DNA of 64,000 bases from an uncultured virus (IMG/VR IMGVR_UViG_3300042890_004141) (lineage: Duplodnaviria > Heunggongvirae > Uroviricota > Caudoviricetes). Every line of letters starts with the position of its first letter. The stretch's first letter is position 1. Under the pieces are notes generated by a model. That model was given only the letters and a program-made list of their open reading frames with translations, was not told where the DNA came from and did no database searches. The position numbers and the translations under genes are program-made. This document shows, piece by piece, positions 49,637 through 59,376 of the stretch. The stretch is taken from positions 62,001-126,000 of IMG/VR virus record IMGVR_UViG_3300042890_004141. The stretch is one strand, 5' to 3'.

Positions 49637-50155
49637 TTAGTTTTTAAATAGTTCTATTATATCGTTTAAGTAATCTTGGGCTAAATCAGTACCATACAAT
49701 ACACTATATGAATCTGGTTTGCTTCTATAATAATCAATTGTTTTACTTTTAGCTTGTTGCAATAAAGGAACTAATTGATTTAATTGGTCTTCTATACTAT
49801 CAAAAGCCCTTAATCGACTTCCAATAAATTCTCTTCTAGATGGATCATTAATTTGCATATCATCTAAAAAAGTATCAACATCTTCAGCTTCTTTGATTGG
49901 TGTTTTTACTAATTTGTATTTAAACTTAGTAACATACATATTATCCTTAACACCAGTTGGACCTGCCTTAGGACCAGGTCCTAAAGTAGCTCCAGGACCT
50001 TCATTCACTTTTTTAAATCCTGCTTGTGTATAGGCACCGTAAGTAGACTTACGAGGTGAAGGACCAGTATGGTTTTCACCCTCGCCGAATGAAGTGAAAC
50101 CTGAATCAGAGGCTATTGTTGAATCTTCTTTTATTTTGTATTTAAAGTTAGCCAT
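49637..50155 (-). CDS. Hypothetical head-region protein
   Basis: In the operon after portal; several I/V-x-E sites. Confidence 0.55.
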   Translation of the reverse strand: MANFKYKIKEDSTIASDSGFTSFGEGENHTGPSPRKSTYGAYTQAGFKKVNEGPGATLGPGPKAGPTGVKDNMYVTKFKYKLVKTPIKEAEDVDTFLDDMQINDPSRREFIGSRLRAFDSIEDQLNQLVPLLQQAKSKTIDYYRSKPDSYSVLYGTDLAQDYLNDIIELFKN

Positions 50156-51005
50156 TAGCAGTTACAAGTTCATCTAAAAGTTCATAGTATTGTAATAAAT
50201 TAACTAAGTCATCATTACCCACACCAGCATTTTTACTTAGTGGAGACAACATATTAGTTACTTCATTTAATTTAATTTGAATTGCTTTATCTGTAACTTT
50301 TTTAGAAACACTCTTTAATTCTTCTTTAATTTCTCCAACTTTAGTGTTGTAAAATTCTTTTAATTTTGGAGCTGAATCAACTGAATTAATGAATTCTTTT
50401 AATACTGTTTTTTGGTTATCATTTAAATTAGCATACTTGCCATTAAATTTTTCTAACATTACTCGGTAAGTTAAAATACGTAAGTCTTTATCATACGATT
50501 TAAATTCCTCAAGTAAATTATCTTCTACTTTCTGTTTAGTAACAGATGATGAAGATAAATGTTCTAATAATGTTAATTTATTTGAAATGATTTGGTCAGG
50601 GTTAGACAAATTCTCGCTATTATATATCTCTATTAACGTATATAATGATGCGAATGCTTTATAATTAGGCAATTTAGTTTTAAAAAATTCCTCTAAGTTA
50701 TAATGCTTTTGAACTTCATTAATTAGATTATATTTTTGTCTTTTTAACGCTCCTCTGTTTAAATCTTTAGATGATTCAATTAAAGTATTAACAATAGTTT
50801 CAGCTTTAGCTTCAGTTGTACTTTTGTATTTTGAAAGAGTTTCATACAATTTGTATTCTCTACCCAATTCAGTCTTTACAAAATATTTATTAAGTATACC
50901 TATAGCTTTAGAGTTTTTTCCAGATAAGGTATCCGCCGTTATTTGTCTAACTAAAAGTTCAAACAAAAGGCCCGTATTCTTATACTTAGAATGTTTAATG
51001 TTCAT
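50148..51005 (-). CDS. Conserved helical protein downstream of portal (possible prohead core component)
   Basis: MNIKHSKYKNTGLLFELLVRQITAD; position between portal and protease. Confidence 0.55.
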   Translation of the reverse strand: MNIKHSKYKNTGLLFELLVRQITADTLSGKNSKAIGILNKYFVKTELGREYKLYETLSKYKSTTEAKAETIVNTLIESSKDLNRGALKRQKYNLINEVQKHYNLEEFFKTKLPNYKAFASLYTLIEIYNSENLSNPDQIISNKLTLLEHLSSSSVTKQKVEDNLLEEFKSYDKDLRILTYRVMLEKFNGKYANLNDNQKTVLKEFINSVDSAPKLKEFYNTKVGEIKEELKSVSKKVTDKAIQIKLNEVTNMLSPLSKNAGVGNDDLVNLLQYYELLDELVTANG

Positions 51006-51038
51006 TCTTGAGATTTTGTTATAAATATATAAGGATTT

Positions 51039-52931
51039 TTATTTCTTTAATTTAGATTCATCAAGTAGTGATTCTTCAACAACAGATTTATTTTTAAATA
51101 AATTCTCAATTAAAGATTTGTTTTTTAAATATACTTGTTTAGCTTCTAAAGCTAAAGGTGAACCACCTTTATAATTAGCTCTAATACCTCCAGATTCATT
51201 TTCATTGTCTGGATCCTTCATACCAGCAGCACCTAATCTGTCTTTACCAAAAGGACTGTCTTGTGTGTTTCTGTTTGTTGGATTTTCTTCAGGACGACCT
51301 AATTTAACATCATCACCATATCCTACAGGTACATTTTCAGGATTAGAATACATTCTTCCTTTACCATATAATGAAGCTAAGTCATGTGGTGTACCATATG
51401 ATTTGCCTGATACTTTAGGATCATTTCCTTCTTCTGAGATTTGTTTTTGTCTGAATGAACGTTTTTGGTCTTCAACAATCAAATCTCTATACTCATCATA
51501 TTGGTCTTCGCTAAAGTGGAAAATGTTATCATAGATCCAATCAGAAGGTAATATTTTAAGATCCATAATCTTTTGAGCTAAGTCTACCTTTTGAGTTAAC
51601 AAGGCAATCTTTTCTTGATCATAGATAATAGAAGGTGTAGTTAAATCTAACTCAAAGTTAGTTAATTGTTCACCTGTATAACCTTGAGAATATAAGTGTA
51701 CTAAAGCAATCTTATATAATTCAGATAATGCAATACGTTGAATACGATTAATAGTACGAGCGAAACGAATATCTTCTGCTGCTAATGTTGCTTTACCTGT
51801 TAAATCTTTTTCATAACCCATAAATGCTTTAGGCACTTTAAGGGCAGCAAACAATTTATCTCTTAAGTAAGTAACATCTTGAATACCATCATATTGTAAA
51901 CCAGGTGTAGTTTCAATCTTAGTTGTTGTATCATTTCCACGAATTGGAATATAAAAATCTTCCAATAAGTTTTGCTGGTTGTATTTTAAGTTATATTCAC
52001 CTGTTTGATTATCCATTAATGGAGTACGCTTCATAGTAGAAATAGTTTTCTGCATAAAGTTTTCTACTTCATTTGGAGGAATAGAACCAACATTAATATA
52101 AAATATACGACGATCTGGACTACGTGAGATTCTATGAATCAACATAGCATCTTCCATCAACACATATTGTTTAAAAATACGACGAGCTGGTTCCAAATAT
52201 GAACGACCATAAGGCAAATAGTTAACGTCTGTTAACAACCTAAAGTGAGCCATTTCATAATTATCAAAATGGATACCTGGTTGGTTATCAAACGTTCCTA
52301 GATTGGGTGTACCGTAATAACCAGAACCACCAGCGAAAATACCTTCAGGTGAGTATTTAAATCTTACAGCATTTGGGTGATCTTTGTCATAATTTTCTTG
52401 ACGTTCAATATGGTAAGCAGTATAAGGAATAACATTATACACACCATATTTTTCAGCAATTTCTAACTTTAAGAAAAAGTCACCATACTTACACATTTGA
52501 CGAATCCAACTCCATAAGTTAAATTCAATATTCAATACATCATAAAACAAGTTATAAAGAATTTGCTGAATATCATCATCACTTGATTTAATATGAAGCA
52601 CTTCTCCCATATCATTTTTTAAAGTACTTTCATCTGAAATAATATCTAAGGCAGAAGCAACAATGGCATCATAATCCATATTATCATAGTCAGAGTAGAC
52701 CATGGTTCTAAGGTATTGCCAGTTAATATTAATCTGTGATCCTAAAAGTGATGTTGATGATGGAGAGTATAAACGATTATATCTATCTATTAATGAATTA
52801 GTAGCTATATCTCCGGATTGTTGAATGGAATCAACATCCATTACTTTTAATGTGTTGCCACCCGTATTTCTTATAATAACATCTGTTGAAAACAGTCGTT
52901 GGAGTCGGGTGAATAAACTTTTATCTGCCAT
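51039..52931 (-). CDS. Portal protein (T4 gp20-like)
   Basis: YGRSYLEPARR, LMEDAMLIHRISRSPDRRIFYINVG, EDFYIPIRG, KLFAALKVP, EDIRFARTI. Confidence 0.95.
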   Translation of the reverse strand: MADKSLFTRLQRLFSTDVIIRNTGGNTLKVMDVDSIQQSGDIATNSLIDRYNRLYSPSSTSLLGSQININWQYLRTMVYSDYDNMDYDAIVASALDIISDESTLKNDMGEVLHIKSSDDDIQQILYNLFYDVLNIEFNLWSWIRQMCKYGDFFLKLEIAEKYGVYNVIPYTAYHIERQENYDKDHPNAVRFKYSPEGIFAGGSGYYGTPNLGTFDNQPGIHFDNYEMAHFRLLTDVNYLPYGRSYLEPARRIFKQYVLMEDAMLIHRISRSPDRRIFYINVGSIPPNEVENFMQKTISTMKRTPLMDNQTGEYNLKYNQQNLLEDFYIPIRGNDTTTKIETTPGLQYDGIQDVTYLRDKLFAALKVPKAFMGYEKDLTGKATLAAEDIRFARTINRIQRIALSELYKIALVHLYSQGYTGEQLTNFELDLTTPSIIYDQEKIALLTQKVDLAQKIMDLKILPSDWIYDNIFHFSEDQYDEYRDLIVEDQKRSFRQKQISEEGNDPKVSGKSYGTPHDLASLYGKGRMYSNPENVPVGYGDDVKLGRPEENPTNRNTQDSPFGKDRLGAAGMKDPDNENESGGIRANYKGGSPLALEAKQVYLKNKSLIENLFKNKSVVEESLLDESKLKK

Positions 52932-52959
52932 TTTTATATTTTATTATATCTTATAAATA

Positions 52960-54525
52960 TTACAATAACCATTTAATGTCCTCTTGTCCGTGATCTGTTT
53001 GAATAGAATATGGATTTTGGACTTGATTACTATTATATCCACCAATATAATTAGTCTTACTCATACTGCCAAGTGTAGCACGAGTCATGTCATGAGACAT
53101 TTGTTGAAATTTTAAAGAAGTATCTCTTAAAAACATAGCTATACCAAAAGCCATCACCAAATCATCATTATAACCTGATTGTGCTTCTGGTCTACCGTTT
53201 TTCCATACAAATACTTTCATTTCCTCTAATAATCGTTTTGAACGAATATTAACAGAACGATCACCAACATACTCTCTAAATTTATTTACAACTAAAGGTC
53301 TAGTTCTTAATGACATGGTAAATCCAGGTGTCATATCTGAGCTGCCTTCAAATACTCGTAAGTATGAATCAGCGGTTAATTGGTCTGATTTGGGAGAATG
53401 ATAAAGATTACGATAACCTCTTTCAATGATAGCGTCTAATGTTGCCCAACCAATTGAGGCATTTTCTACTACTAACATCGCATTATTATATTCAGAAGCT
53501 AAACCAACTAAAAAATAACCATATTCTTTAGGTGGAAGCTGTCCTCGATACTCAGCAACTTGTGTATTAGTTGCAATATCAATTACATGACAAGCGGAAG
53601 AGTCTTTACCATCACCTCTAGCTACGTCTGCTACTACTATATACTCACGTGTATAGTCTGCAGGTTCCCATATCCATAAATTTTGGTCAGCACCTCTTCG
53701 CTCTACAGGGTCTTTAACTGTTGTTTCTTTTAAAAATTCTACCCATTCAGGATAAAATACCACATCACCTGATGTACTAAAATCACAGTCACATTCTTGG
53801 GCGGCTAATCTAGGATCACCTAGTAATTCATCTTGTCTTTTTCTCCAATCCTCATTTCGTTCTGGGTGGACATACCAAGGTAATTTAATTGGCAAGAAGT
53901 CATTTTCAGCATTTTCAGCTGATACCCATGTTTTATGAAACCAGTTTCCAGTACCATAAGGAGTAGACAACACAATAGCACCACCACCAGTTGCTAACGT
54001 TTGTTGAGCAGAAGCCCAAATCTCACCGATTTGTTCAATAAACGCTGCCTCATCGACAATTAGCAAAGATACTGCTTCTGATCGACCAGCATCACTACTT
54101 GCTGAAGTGGCTTTAATTTGAGATCCATTACTTAATCGTAATGTTAGTTTGTTATTTTCTTCAGCTTCAATTTTTAACCATGAAGGTAAGTTATCAAACA
54201 TAAACTTAACCTTGGTTACCATGTTTTTAGCTGTTTCTTGCTTAGTTGCAATACACAACACGTTTTTATCTTTATGGAATAACATTAACCATAAAGAATA
54301 ACCAGCAGCTAAAGTTGATATACCTAACTGACGAGACTTAAGTACAATTGAATATGGATTATCTCTCCATAAGTGTAATACCTTATCTTGGAAAGGATAC
54401 AAATTGAATATCACTCGACCTCTTTGTGGGTGCTGGATATTACAATATTTTTTCATAAAGTGGGCTGGATCTTGGGCACACTTTAAGTATTCTTCTCTGA
54501 TTATTTGTCTTAAATCCTGACTCAT
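52960..54525 (-). CDS. terL: Terminase large subunit (T4 gp17-like)
   Basis: LYPFQ, KSRQLGIST (Walker A), LIVDEAAF (Walker B), STPYG, ADVARGDGKDSS, DDLVMA. Confidence 0.95.
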   Translation of the reverse strand: MSQDLRQIIREEYLKCAQDPAHFMKKYCNIQHPQRGRVIFNLYPFQDKVLHLWRDNPYSIVLKSRQLGISTLAAGYSLWLMLFHKDKNVLCIATKQETAKNMVTKVKFMFDNLPSWLKIEAEENNKLTLRLSNGSQIKATSASSDAGRSEAVSLLIVDEAAFIEQIGEIWASAQQTLATGGGAIVLSTPYGTGNWFHKTWVSAENAENDFLPIKLPWYVHPERNEDWRKRQDELLGDPRLAAQECDCDFSTSGDVVFYPEWVEFLKETTVKDPVERRGADQNLWIWEPADYTREYIVVADVARGDGKDSSACHVIDIATNTQVAEYRGQLPPKEYGYFLVGLASEYNNAMLVVENASIGWATLDAIIERGYRNLYHSPKSDQLTADSYLRVFEGSSDMTPGFTMSLRTRPLVVNKFREYVGDRSVNIRSKRLLEEMKVFVWKNGRPEAQSGYNDDLVMAFGIAMFLRDTSLKFQQMSHDMTRATLGSMSKTNYIGGYNSNQVQNPYSIQTDHGQEDIKWLL

Positions 54526-54929
54526 AAAAGAGCTACTAGAAAACCAATTGTTGTTATAAAGAAAGCACCTACAATACCTCTAAATTTAGATTCAAGGTCA
54601 GTTATCTTTTTATTTCTTTCTTCAATCTGTCCGTCTTTAGCTTTAATAATGCCCTTTTGATCTTCTATTTTACCTTCTAAAACTATTCTTGTAGTATCAC
54701 AAATAAATAAGGCACTATCTTGTCTAAGGATAATTGTACTCATAGTAGAGATAGAGTCACGAGAAATTACTAATTCTTTTTTAAGATTATCTCTATCAGC
54801 TTTAACTAATAAAGCATTTTTTAAGGATTTAATGGGAACTATTACCGTTGAATCACTTAAACGCTGTTGTGAACTGGCTGATGATATCATCATCAGACAT
54901 ACTATTAAGGCGATCGCGTTCTTTTTCAT
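54522..54929 (-). CDS. Secreted or membrane coiled-coil protein, spanin-like (start corrected to MKKNAIAL)
   Basis: Signal peptide, coiled coil, C-terminal hydrophobic helix; overlaps the upstream gene in another frame. Confidence 0.55.
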   Translation of the reverse strand: MKKNAIALIVCLMMISSASSQQRLSDSTVIVPIKSLKNALLVKADRDNLKKELVISRDSISTMSTIILRQDSALFICDTTRIVLEGKIEDQKGIIKAKDGQIEERNKKITDLESKFRGIVGAFFITTIGFLVALL

Positions 54930-55194
54930 ATTGGTCTTTGTATTGTTGAGCTTTTTTAGCAATACCAGCTAATTTAGCTTTGTCTATTTCAATTAATGAG
55001 TCTAAAATTTTCCTAGTAGAATCTAAAGATGAAATAATTGTGTCTTTTTTACTAATTTCAAGCGCTAAAGAATCTATAGTTTTTTGGTATTGTTTGTCTT
55101 TGTCTGAGGAATAACCTTGTTTATAAGTAAATAACCCATAGATTATTACACCTAATAAACAAACTAAAACCAATTGTAAAACAAATTTTTTCAT
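54853..55194 (-). CDS. N-terminally anchored coiled-coil membrane protein, i-spanin-like
   Basis: MKKFVLQLVLVCLLGVIIYGLF transmembrane segment followed by a coiled coil. Confidence 0.55.
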   Translation of the reverse strand: MKKFVLQLVLVCLLGVIIYGLFTYKQGYSSDKDKQYQKTIDSLALEISKKDTIISSLDSTRKILDSLIEIDKAKLAGIAKKAQQYKDQYEKERDRLNSMSDDDIISQFTTAFK

Positions 55195-55195
55195 A

Positions 55196-55636
55196 TTAAT
55201 CTTCTTCAGAAGAAGGAAGAATAATTTTTTCTAATGCTTTTTTATCAGCAGTTAATTTTTTTAATTCATCCTTAATTTTTTCTTTTTTATCACCTTTAGC
55301 TTCAGTGTATTCTTTAGCTAATTCTTTCATTTTAGTTACAAGTTTTTGTAATTTATTTGAAGCAGTAGTGATTGAATCTTTTTTTTCTAATTCTGCTTTT
55401 GATGGTTCTTGGTCTTCATCATCTGATTCAAATACAGGAAAACCAAATAAAACAGCAGCTATTGTTTGCTCATCTGTTCCTAATTTTTTAGCTACATCAT
55501 TAAAGGTAGTAGATGGATTTTTACCAAACATTTCATTATATGTTTTTTTAATTACATCAGATGTTGGTTTAGTATCTTCAGATAAAAGTTCGTATATGTT
55601 ATCTTTAATTTGCTTCTTTAATTCAGACAATTTCAT
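55196..55636 (-). CDS. Probable internal head protein (start corrected to MKLSELKK)
   Basis: LKKQIKDNIYELLSE leader; ATATTTAT motif at 55641. Confidence 0.55.
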   Translation of the reverse strand: MKLSELKKQIKDNIYELLSEDTKPTSDVIKKTYNEMFGKNPSTTFNDVAKKLGTDEQTIAAVLFGFPVFESDDEDQEPSKAELEKKDSITTASNKLQKLVTKMKELAKEYTEAKGDKKEKIKDELKKLTADKKALEKIILPSSEED

Positions 55637-55647
55637 GATAATAAATA

Positions 55648-56178
55648 TCAACCAAAGATTGTTTCTTTAATTTTTGCAATACGTTCTTCAGTAGTACCTG
55701 AAAGTTCAACTAGTTTTTTAATTTTATGACTACTTCTATATAAAATCAAATGAATAATACTGTCAATAGTTTCTCTATATTTCAAATCAGTAGTTCTAAC
55801 TCCATTATCTTCCATTTCAACACCAACAGGAGATACATAAAAAATATAATCATATTCTTCAACTAATTTATAAGCAGCATCACAAAACGCTTCAGCCTCA
55901 TAATAATCAATTGATTTAGCTGCTTTAGTAAACGCCATAACATCAATTACAGTACGATCTGTAATAATATTTTCATACATTAACTCAGCACAACGTTCAG
56001 CTAAAAATATAAATTGACCTTTTAATGTTGAATCAGTATTCAATGGAATACCTAAATCACGCAAGTACTTAGAACGTTCAGTAGCAAAATTATAATCTGC
56101 AAATTCAGGTAATTCTTTCAAAGCATTTACCAATGTAGTTTTACCTACACTCATTGTTCCACACAATCCTATCTTCAT
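55648..56178 (-). CDS. P-loop NTPase / kinase, NadR-like AAA_28 type (start corrected to MKIGLCG)
   Basis: GTMSVGKTT, IITDRTVID, YDYIFY, EDNGVR, GTTEERI. Confidence 0.8.
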   Translation of the reverse strand: MKIGLCGTMSVGKTTLVNALKELPEFADYNFATERSKYLRDLGIPLNTDSTLKGQFIFLAERCAELMYENIITDRTVIDVMAFTKAAKSIDYYEAEAFCDAAYKLVEEYDYIFYVSPVGVEMEDNGVRTTDLKYRETIDSIIHLILYRSSHKIKKLVELSGTTEERIAKIKETIFG

Positions 56179-56179
56179 A

Positions 56180-56428
56180 TTAGTTTCTATTTTGACCTGC
56201 CTGACCCATTGCTGTTTTGTACCAAGGTAAACCTTCACGATTGCGTCTTCTTTCTTTCCAATCATCATGACTATATTGAATACCATGAATATGATATTCT
56301 TTTTTACCATTTGGATGGATTAAAGCTGCTTCTTCCATATTGTGCAATTTCCCTTCCCAAACCCAAGCAATAGTACCATCAGCTTTTACTAATTTTTTAC
56401 TTGGTTGAAATTTATTTTTATCACTCAT
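56180..56428 (-). CDS. Hypothetical protein
   Basis: GKLHNMEEAALIHPNGKKEYHIHG, an LHR.DGPA-like repeat; host-type promoter upstream. Confidence 0.6.
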   Translation of the reverse strand: MSDKNKFQPSKKLVKADGTIAWVWEGKLHNMEEAALIHPNGKKEYHIHGIQYSHDDWKERRRNREGLPWYKTAMGQAGQNRN

Positions 56429-56432
56429 AATA

Positions 56433-56464
56433 TTAATATAACATATTTTTTACAAAAAGCCAAA
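56433..56464 (-). promoter_or_regulatory. Bacteroidota-type primary-sigma promoter
   Basis: Minus strand TTTGGC-N18-TATATTAA. Confidence 0.6.
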
Positions 56465-56466
56465 CA

Positions 56467-57825
56467 TTATTTCCAGCTAATAATATCACCATGCAAATTA
56501 TCCCACTCGCATCCTTTATTAATTAATTTAGATACAGCTAAAATACCTTGAGCACCTGATACTGTAATACCACGAGCTGATAAAGCATCTCCTACAAAGT
56601 GAACATTCTGGTATTCAACTAAAGCTAAATCACTATGATAAACAAGTGGTTCAGGTGAAAGATATTTTACTTCAGGAACATAAACACCCCAATCATCTTG
56701 TAATGTTGGAAATACTTTTTTCATATCTTCAATAAAGTCTTCAATATAATCCCAATACTCACCCATTCCCTGTCTTACAATACTTAAATTATCAATTTGA
56801 ACAGAACTAACTCTTTCACCTTCTGATGTTGTTGATGGTTTACGAGATGGACTATAATATAAACCTGTTCCAGCAAACTGTAATTCATTTACTACTTTAC
56901 GAGACCAAGCAAATGGATCTTCAATGTTATTAATTTCCATAATAATACCAAAGTTAGTCATGTTGTTTCTATAACGTTCATCTTTTTTAGCATGACCATT
57001 ATATGAATGATTACCGTAAGTGTCTTCTACAGCAACATAAGCGGCATTATTATTAGTACAAAACGAACGTAATGAAACACCTTTATCTTCAAACTTACGA
57101 TACAATTTAAAATCATAACTAATGTCAATTAGTTTCTGAAAGTGTTTTTGTGGTGCTTCAAATCGAACTCCAATTTGTACTGATTTAGGTTCAGTTTCTA
57201 GTTGATATTCGTCTTGAATACTTTGAGCAAAGTCAATACCTGATTTACCTACTCCAAAAATCAATTCATTATATTCAATAGCATATTGTCCTTCTTTGCC
57301 TTTAACAGTTACATAAACTAAATTAGATTCAAAGTCAACTTTAAACACACGTTCATTCCAAACAAACTTAACACCTTTAGACACTAAATAATCATACCAA
57401 TTCTTACCAATTTCATGAAGATAATCTGTACCAACATGCCATACAGGAAATAAACGAAGACCAAAATATGGTTTAATAAAGTCTGGTTCTTCTACTGGAT
57501 TTGAACATTGTACTTCTTCAGGTTTAGGGTGAAATCGTTTAAAGTTATTAATAACTTCATCCATTAATTCCATTGCTTTCTTTTCACCAACATACTTTGA
57601 AAGTTGACCTCCAATTGCTGTATGGTAAGTCAATTTACCATCAGACCAACCTCCAGCACCTAGAAAACCTGTCATTACTTCTTCTGGTTTTCGGTTGTAA
57701 GGATCATTACCCATGTCAATGATAGTAATGTTTTTGCCTGGATAACCATTGTCAACTAATTTAGTAGCGGCATTAACACCTGCTACACCTGCTCCTACAA
57801 TTACAATTTTCTTATTCATGTTCAT
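56467..57825 (-). CDS. FAD-dependent oxidoreductase (uncharacterised FAD dehydrogenase family)
   Basis: IVGAGVAG, GGWSDGKL, IGVRFE, RSFC, NGH, PEVKY, FVGD...RGI. Confidence 0.85.
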   Translation of the reverse strand: MNMNKKIVIVGAGVAGVNAATKLVDNGYPGKNITIIDMGNDPYNRKPEEVMTGFLGAGGWSDGKLTYHTAIGGQLSKYVGEKKAMELMDEVINNFKRFHPKPEEVQCSNPVEEPDFIKPYFGLRLFPVWHVGTDYLHEIGKNWYDYLVSKGVKFVWNERVFKVDFESNLVYVTVKGKEGQYAIEYNELIFGVGKSGIDFAQSIQDEYQLETEPKSVQIGVRFEAPQKHFQKLIDISYDFKLYRKFEDKGVSLRSFCTNNNAAYVAVEDTYGNHSYNGHAKKDERYRNNMTNFGIIMEINNIEDPFAWSRKVVNELQFAGTGLYYSPSRKPSTTSEGERVSSVQIDNLSIVRQGMGEYWDYIEDFIEDMKKVFPTLQDDWGVYVPEVKYLSPEPLVYHSDLALVEYQNVHFVGDALSARGITVSGAQGILAVSKLINKGCEWDNLHGDIISWK

Positions 57826-57828
57826 TTG

Positions 57829-57860
57829 TTAATATATCATACTTTACACTAAAAGCCAAA
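57829..57860 (-). promoter_or_regulatory. Bacteroidota-type primary-sigma promoter
   Basis: Minus strand TTTGGC-N18-TATATTAA, same spacing as the 56433 site. Confidence 0.6.
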
Positions 57861-57866
57861 TTAAAG

Positions 57867-57937
57867 ATGGCACCTTTTTAGGGGCGCCACAGCTGCCATA
57901 TATTAGACTCTTGCGAGCGACTGGCTATGAATCAGTC
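57867..57937 (-). ncRNA. Candidate structured RNA / terminator element
   Basis: GC-rich island with stems GACTG..CAGTC, GCTC-GCAA-GAGT and GTGGCGCC..GGTGCCAT followed by CTTTAATTT. Confidence 0.35.
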
Positions 57938-58204
57938 TTTATTTATTTTAATTACAAGTTTTCCTTCGCCTTTTATAACTCGGTGCCACTCATGTCTTAA
58001 TATACATATCAAAAGGTTAGGTTCCAAATTCCAAGGTAATTCATTTTCAAACTGGAATTTCCATCCTTTACCTGGTTCAATAATTTCAATTGTTCTATCT
58101 TCATCATCACGATGCCACATTAGCTCTATAGGGTCAATGTTTTCATCAAATTCCCTAATAATGTATTTGTCTGTAACCTCTAAATCTTTATACGGCTTTG
58201 TCAT
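57932..58204 (-). CDS. Small cupin-like protein (probable start MTKPY)
   Basis: WHRDDEDR...HEWHRVIKGEG His motifs. Confidence 0.65.
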   Translation of the reverse strand: MTKPYKDLEVTDKYIIREFDENIDPIELMWHRDDEDRTIEIIEPGKGWKFQFENELPWNLEPNLLICILRHEWHRVIKGEGKLVIKINKD

Positions 58205-58613
58205 TTGTGATAGGACCACCTACAACCCAAGCATCACAAGTTCGAGCCGCAGCACATTTAAATTTTAAAAACCTGCAGTATCCTAATTGGCCTGCTTCAA
58301 TAACATCAAATGGATCTTCAGTACCTTCATCATCACCAATCCCTTTAGCTATACAATCTAATGTTTTAGTTGTAACATCAAAAGCAGCGCAATTACCACA
58401 ACGAGATGTTTTAGCTTCTTTTACAGAATCAAGCTTCCACATATCTGCTTTAGCCTGCCAGAATTTATTATTTGGTTGATTAGGATTTAAGGGACCATAT
58501 CCATACTCATTAATTGCCTTCTGTCTATTCTGGAGATTAAGTTCAATATTTTGAGTTGGTGCAGGGCATTTTGCTACCTCTGCCTCACTTAGTATATCTA
58601 ATAAATTGATCAT
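58188..58613 (-). CDS. Cys-rich probable internal head protein
   Basis: LLDILSE leader; RCGNCAAF...GYC..LKFKCAAARTCDAW. Confidence 0.65.
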   Translation of the reverse strand: MINLLDILSEAEVAKCPAPTQNIELNLQNRQKAINEYGYGPLNPNQPNNKFWQAKADMWKLDSVKEAKTSRCGNCAAFDVTTKTLDCIAKGIGDDEGTEDPFDVIEAGQLGYCRFLKFKCAAARTCDAWVVGGPITNDKAV

Positions 58614-58939
58614 TTTTTATTTCTAATTAAAAGTTCACCTAAAACCTCTAAACGACCAACTTCTCTTTGAAAATCTACAGGAGACATATTAAGAGATATT
58701 TTTCCTAAGGTTTGATTAAATTCTTGTTTAGCCTTTTTTTCATCAAATTTACCTTTTGATGCTTTATCATAGTAAGGAGCTTTAACTTTAAAATGATTAT
58801 AAGTTAACATAGCTAAACCACCTTTTGATTGAGCTGTATCTGCTATTTTAGATGCACCTTCACCTCTAGTTTTAGCAAACTCTTCAAAAGTTTCTTTAAC
58901 TTTTTTTGCTTCGTTTAATATATCTTGAAATTTAATCAT
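58610..58939 (-). CDS. Probable internal head protein
   Basis: MIKFQDILNE leader; basic composition. Confidence 0.55.
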   Translation of the reverse strand: MIKFQDILNEAKKVKETFEEFAKTRGEGASKIADTAQSKGGLAMLTYNHFKVKAPYYDKASKGKFDEKKAKQEFNQTLGKISLNMSPVDFQREVGRLEVLGELLIRNKK

Positions 58940-58944
58940 TTGGC

Positions 58945-59376
58945 TTATTGTGCTTTTTTAGTATTTTTCACAAATTGTTTTCCTTTTTTACCCCCAGCTA
59001 TCTTTTTAGCAACTGTTGATCTTCTTTCAGATTGGGATAAAGATTGAGCTTTTGCTTGGGGTAAACAACGAGTTGTAGCTTTACCTTTTTTCATAGTACC
59101 ACAATCACCAGTTATATTACCTTGTGTATCTATACGAACCCATTTTTCCTTAAACCAATCACGAAGACTTTCTTGAATTATTTTTTTTAATTGTTCTTCA
59201 TCAATTTGTCCCTTACATACTTTAGCGGCTCTACCTGAAAGATAAGCTGAATGTTTTTCACCTCCGCCTCCTTTAGATTTAGGTTTCATTCTTCTTTGAC
59301 GATATGCTTCGCCTTTTTTACAAAGTTTTTTTTCAGTAATTATTTCTTTAATAAGTTTTTTTAATTTATCTTCCAT
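58945..59376 (-). CDS. Basic probable internal head protein (start MEDKL)
   Basis: LKKLIKEIITE leader; LRDWFKEKWV...CG...CLP module; TAATG coupling to the upstream gene. Confidence 0.6.
   Translation of the reverse strand: MEDKLKKLIKEIITEKKLCKKGEAYRQRRMKPKSKGGGGEKHSAYLSGRAAKVCKGQIDEEQLKKIIQESLRDWFKEKWVRIDTQGNITGDCGTMKKGKATTRCLPQAKAQSLSQSERRSTVAKKIAGGKKGKQFVKNTKKAQ

Noticed and set aside
44909..54525. Introns or inteins in terminase, portal or capsid genes
   Set aside because: ORFs are continuous, of expected size, and show no intein splice motifs.
57867..57937. SAM-II riboswitch or hammerhead ribozyme call
   Set aside because: Only superficial similarity (CTGATT, CTAAAAAGG); the conserved cores do not fit and the element lies upstream of the next promoter. 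Kept only as an unassigned structure.
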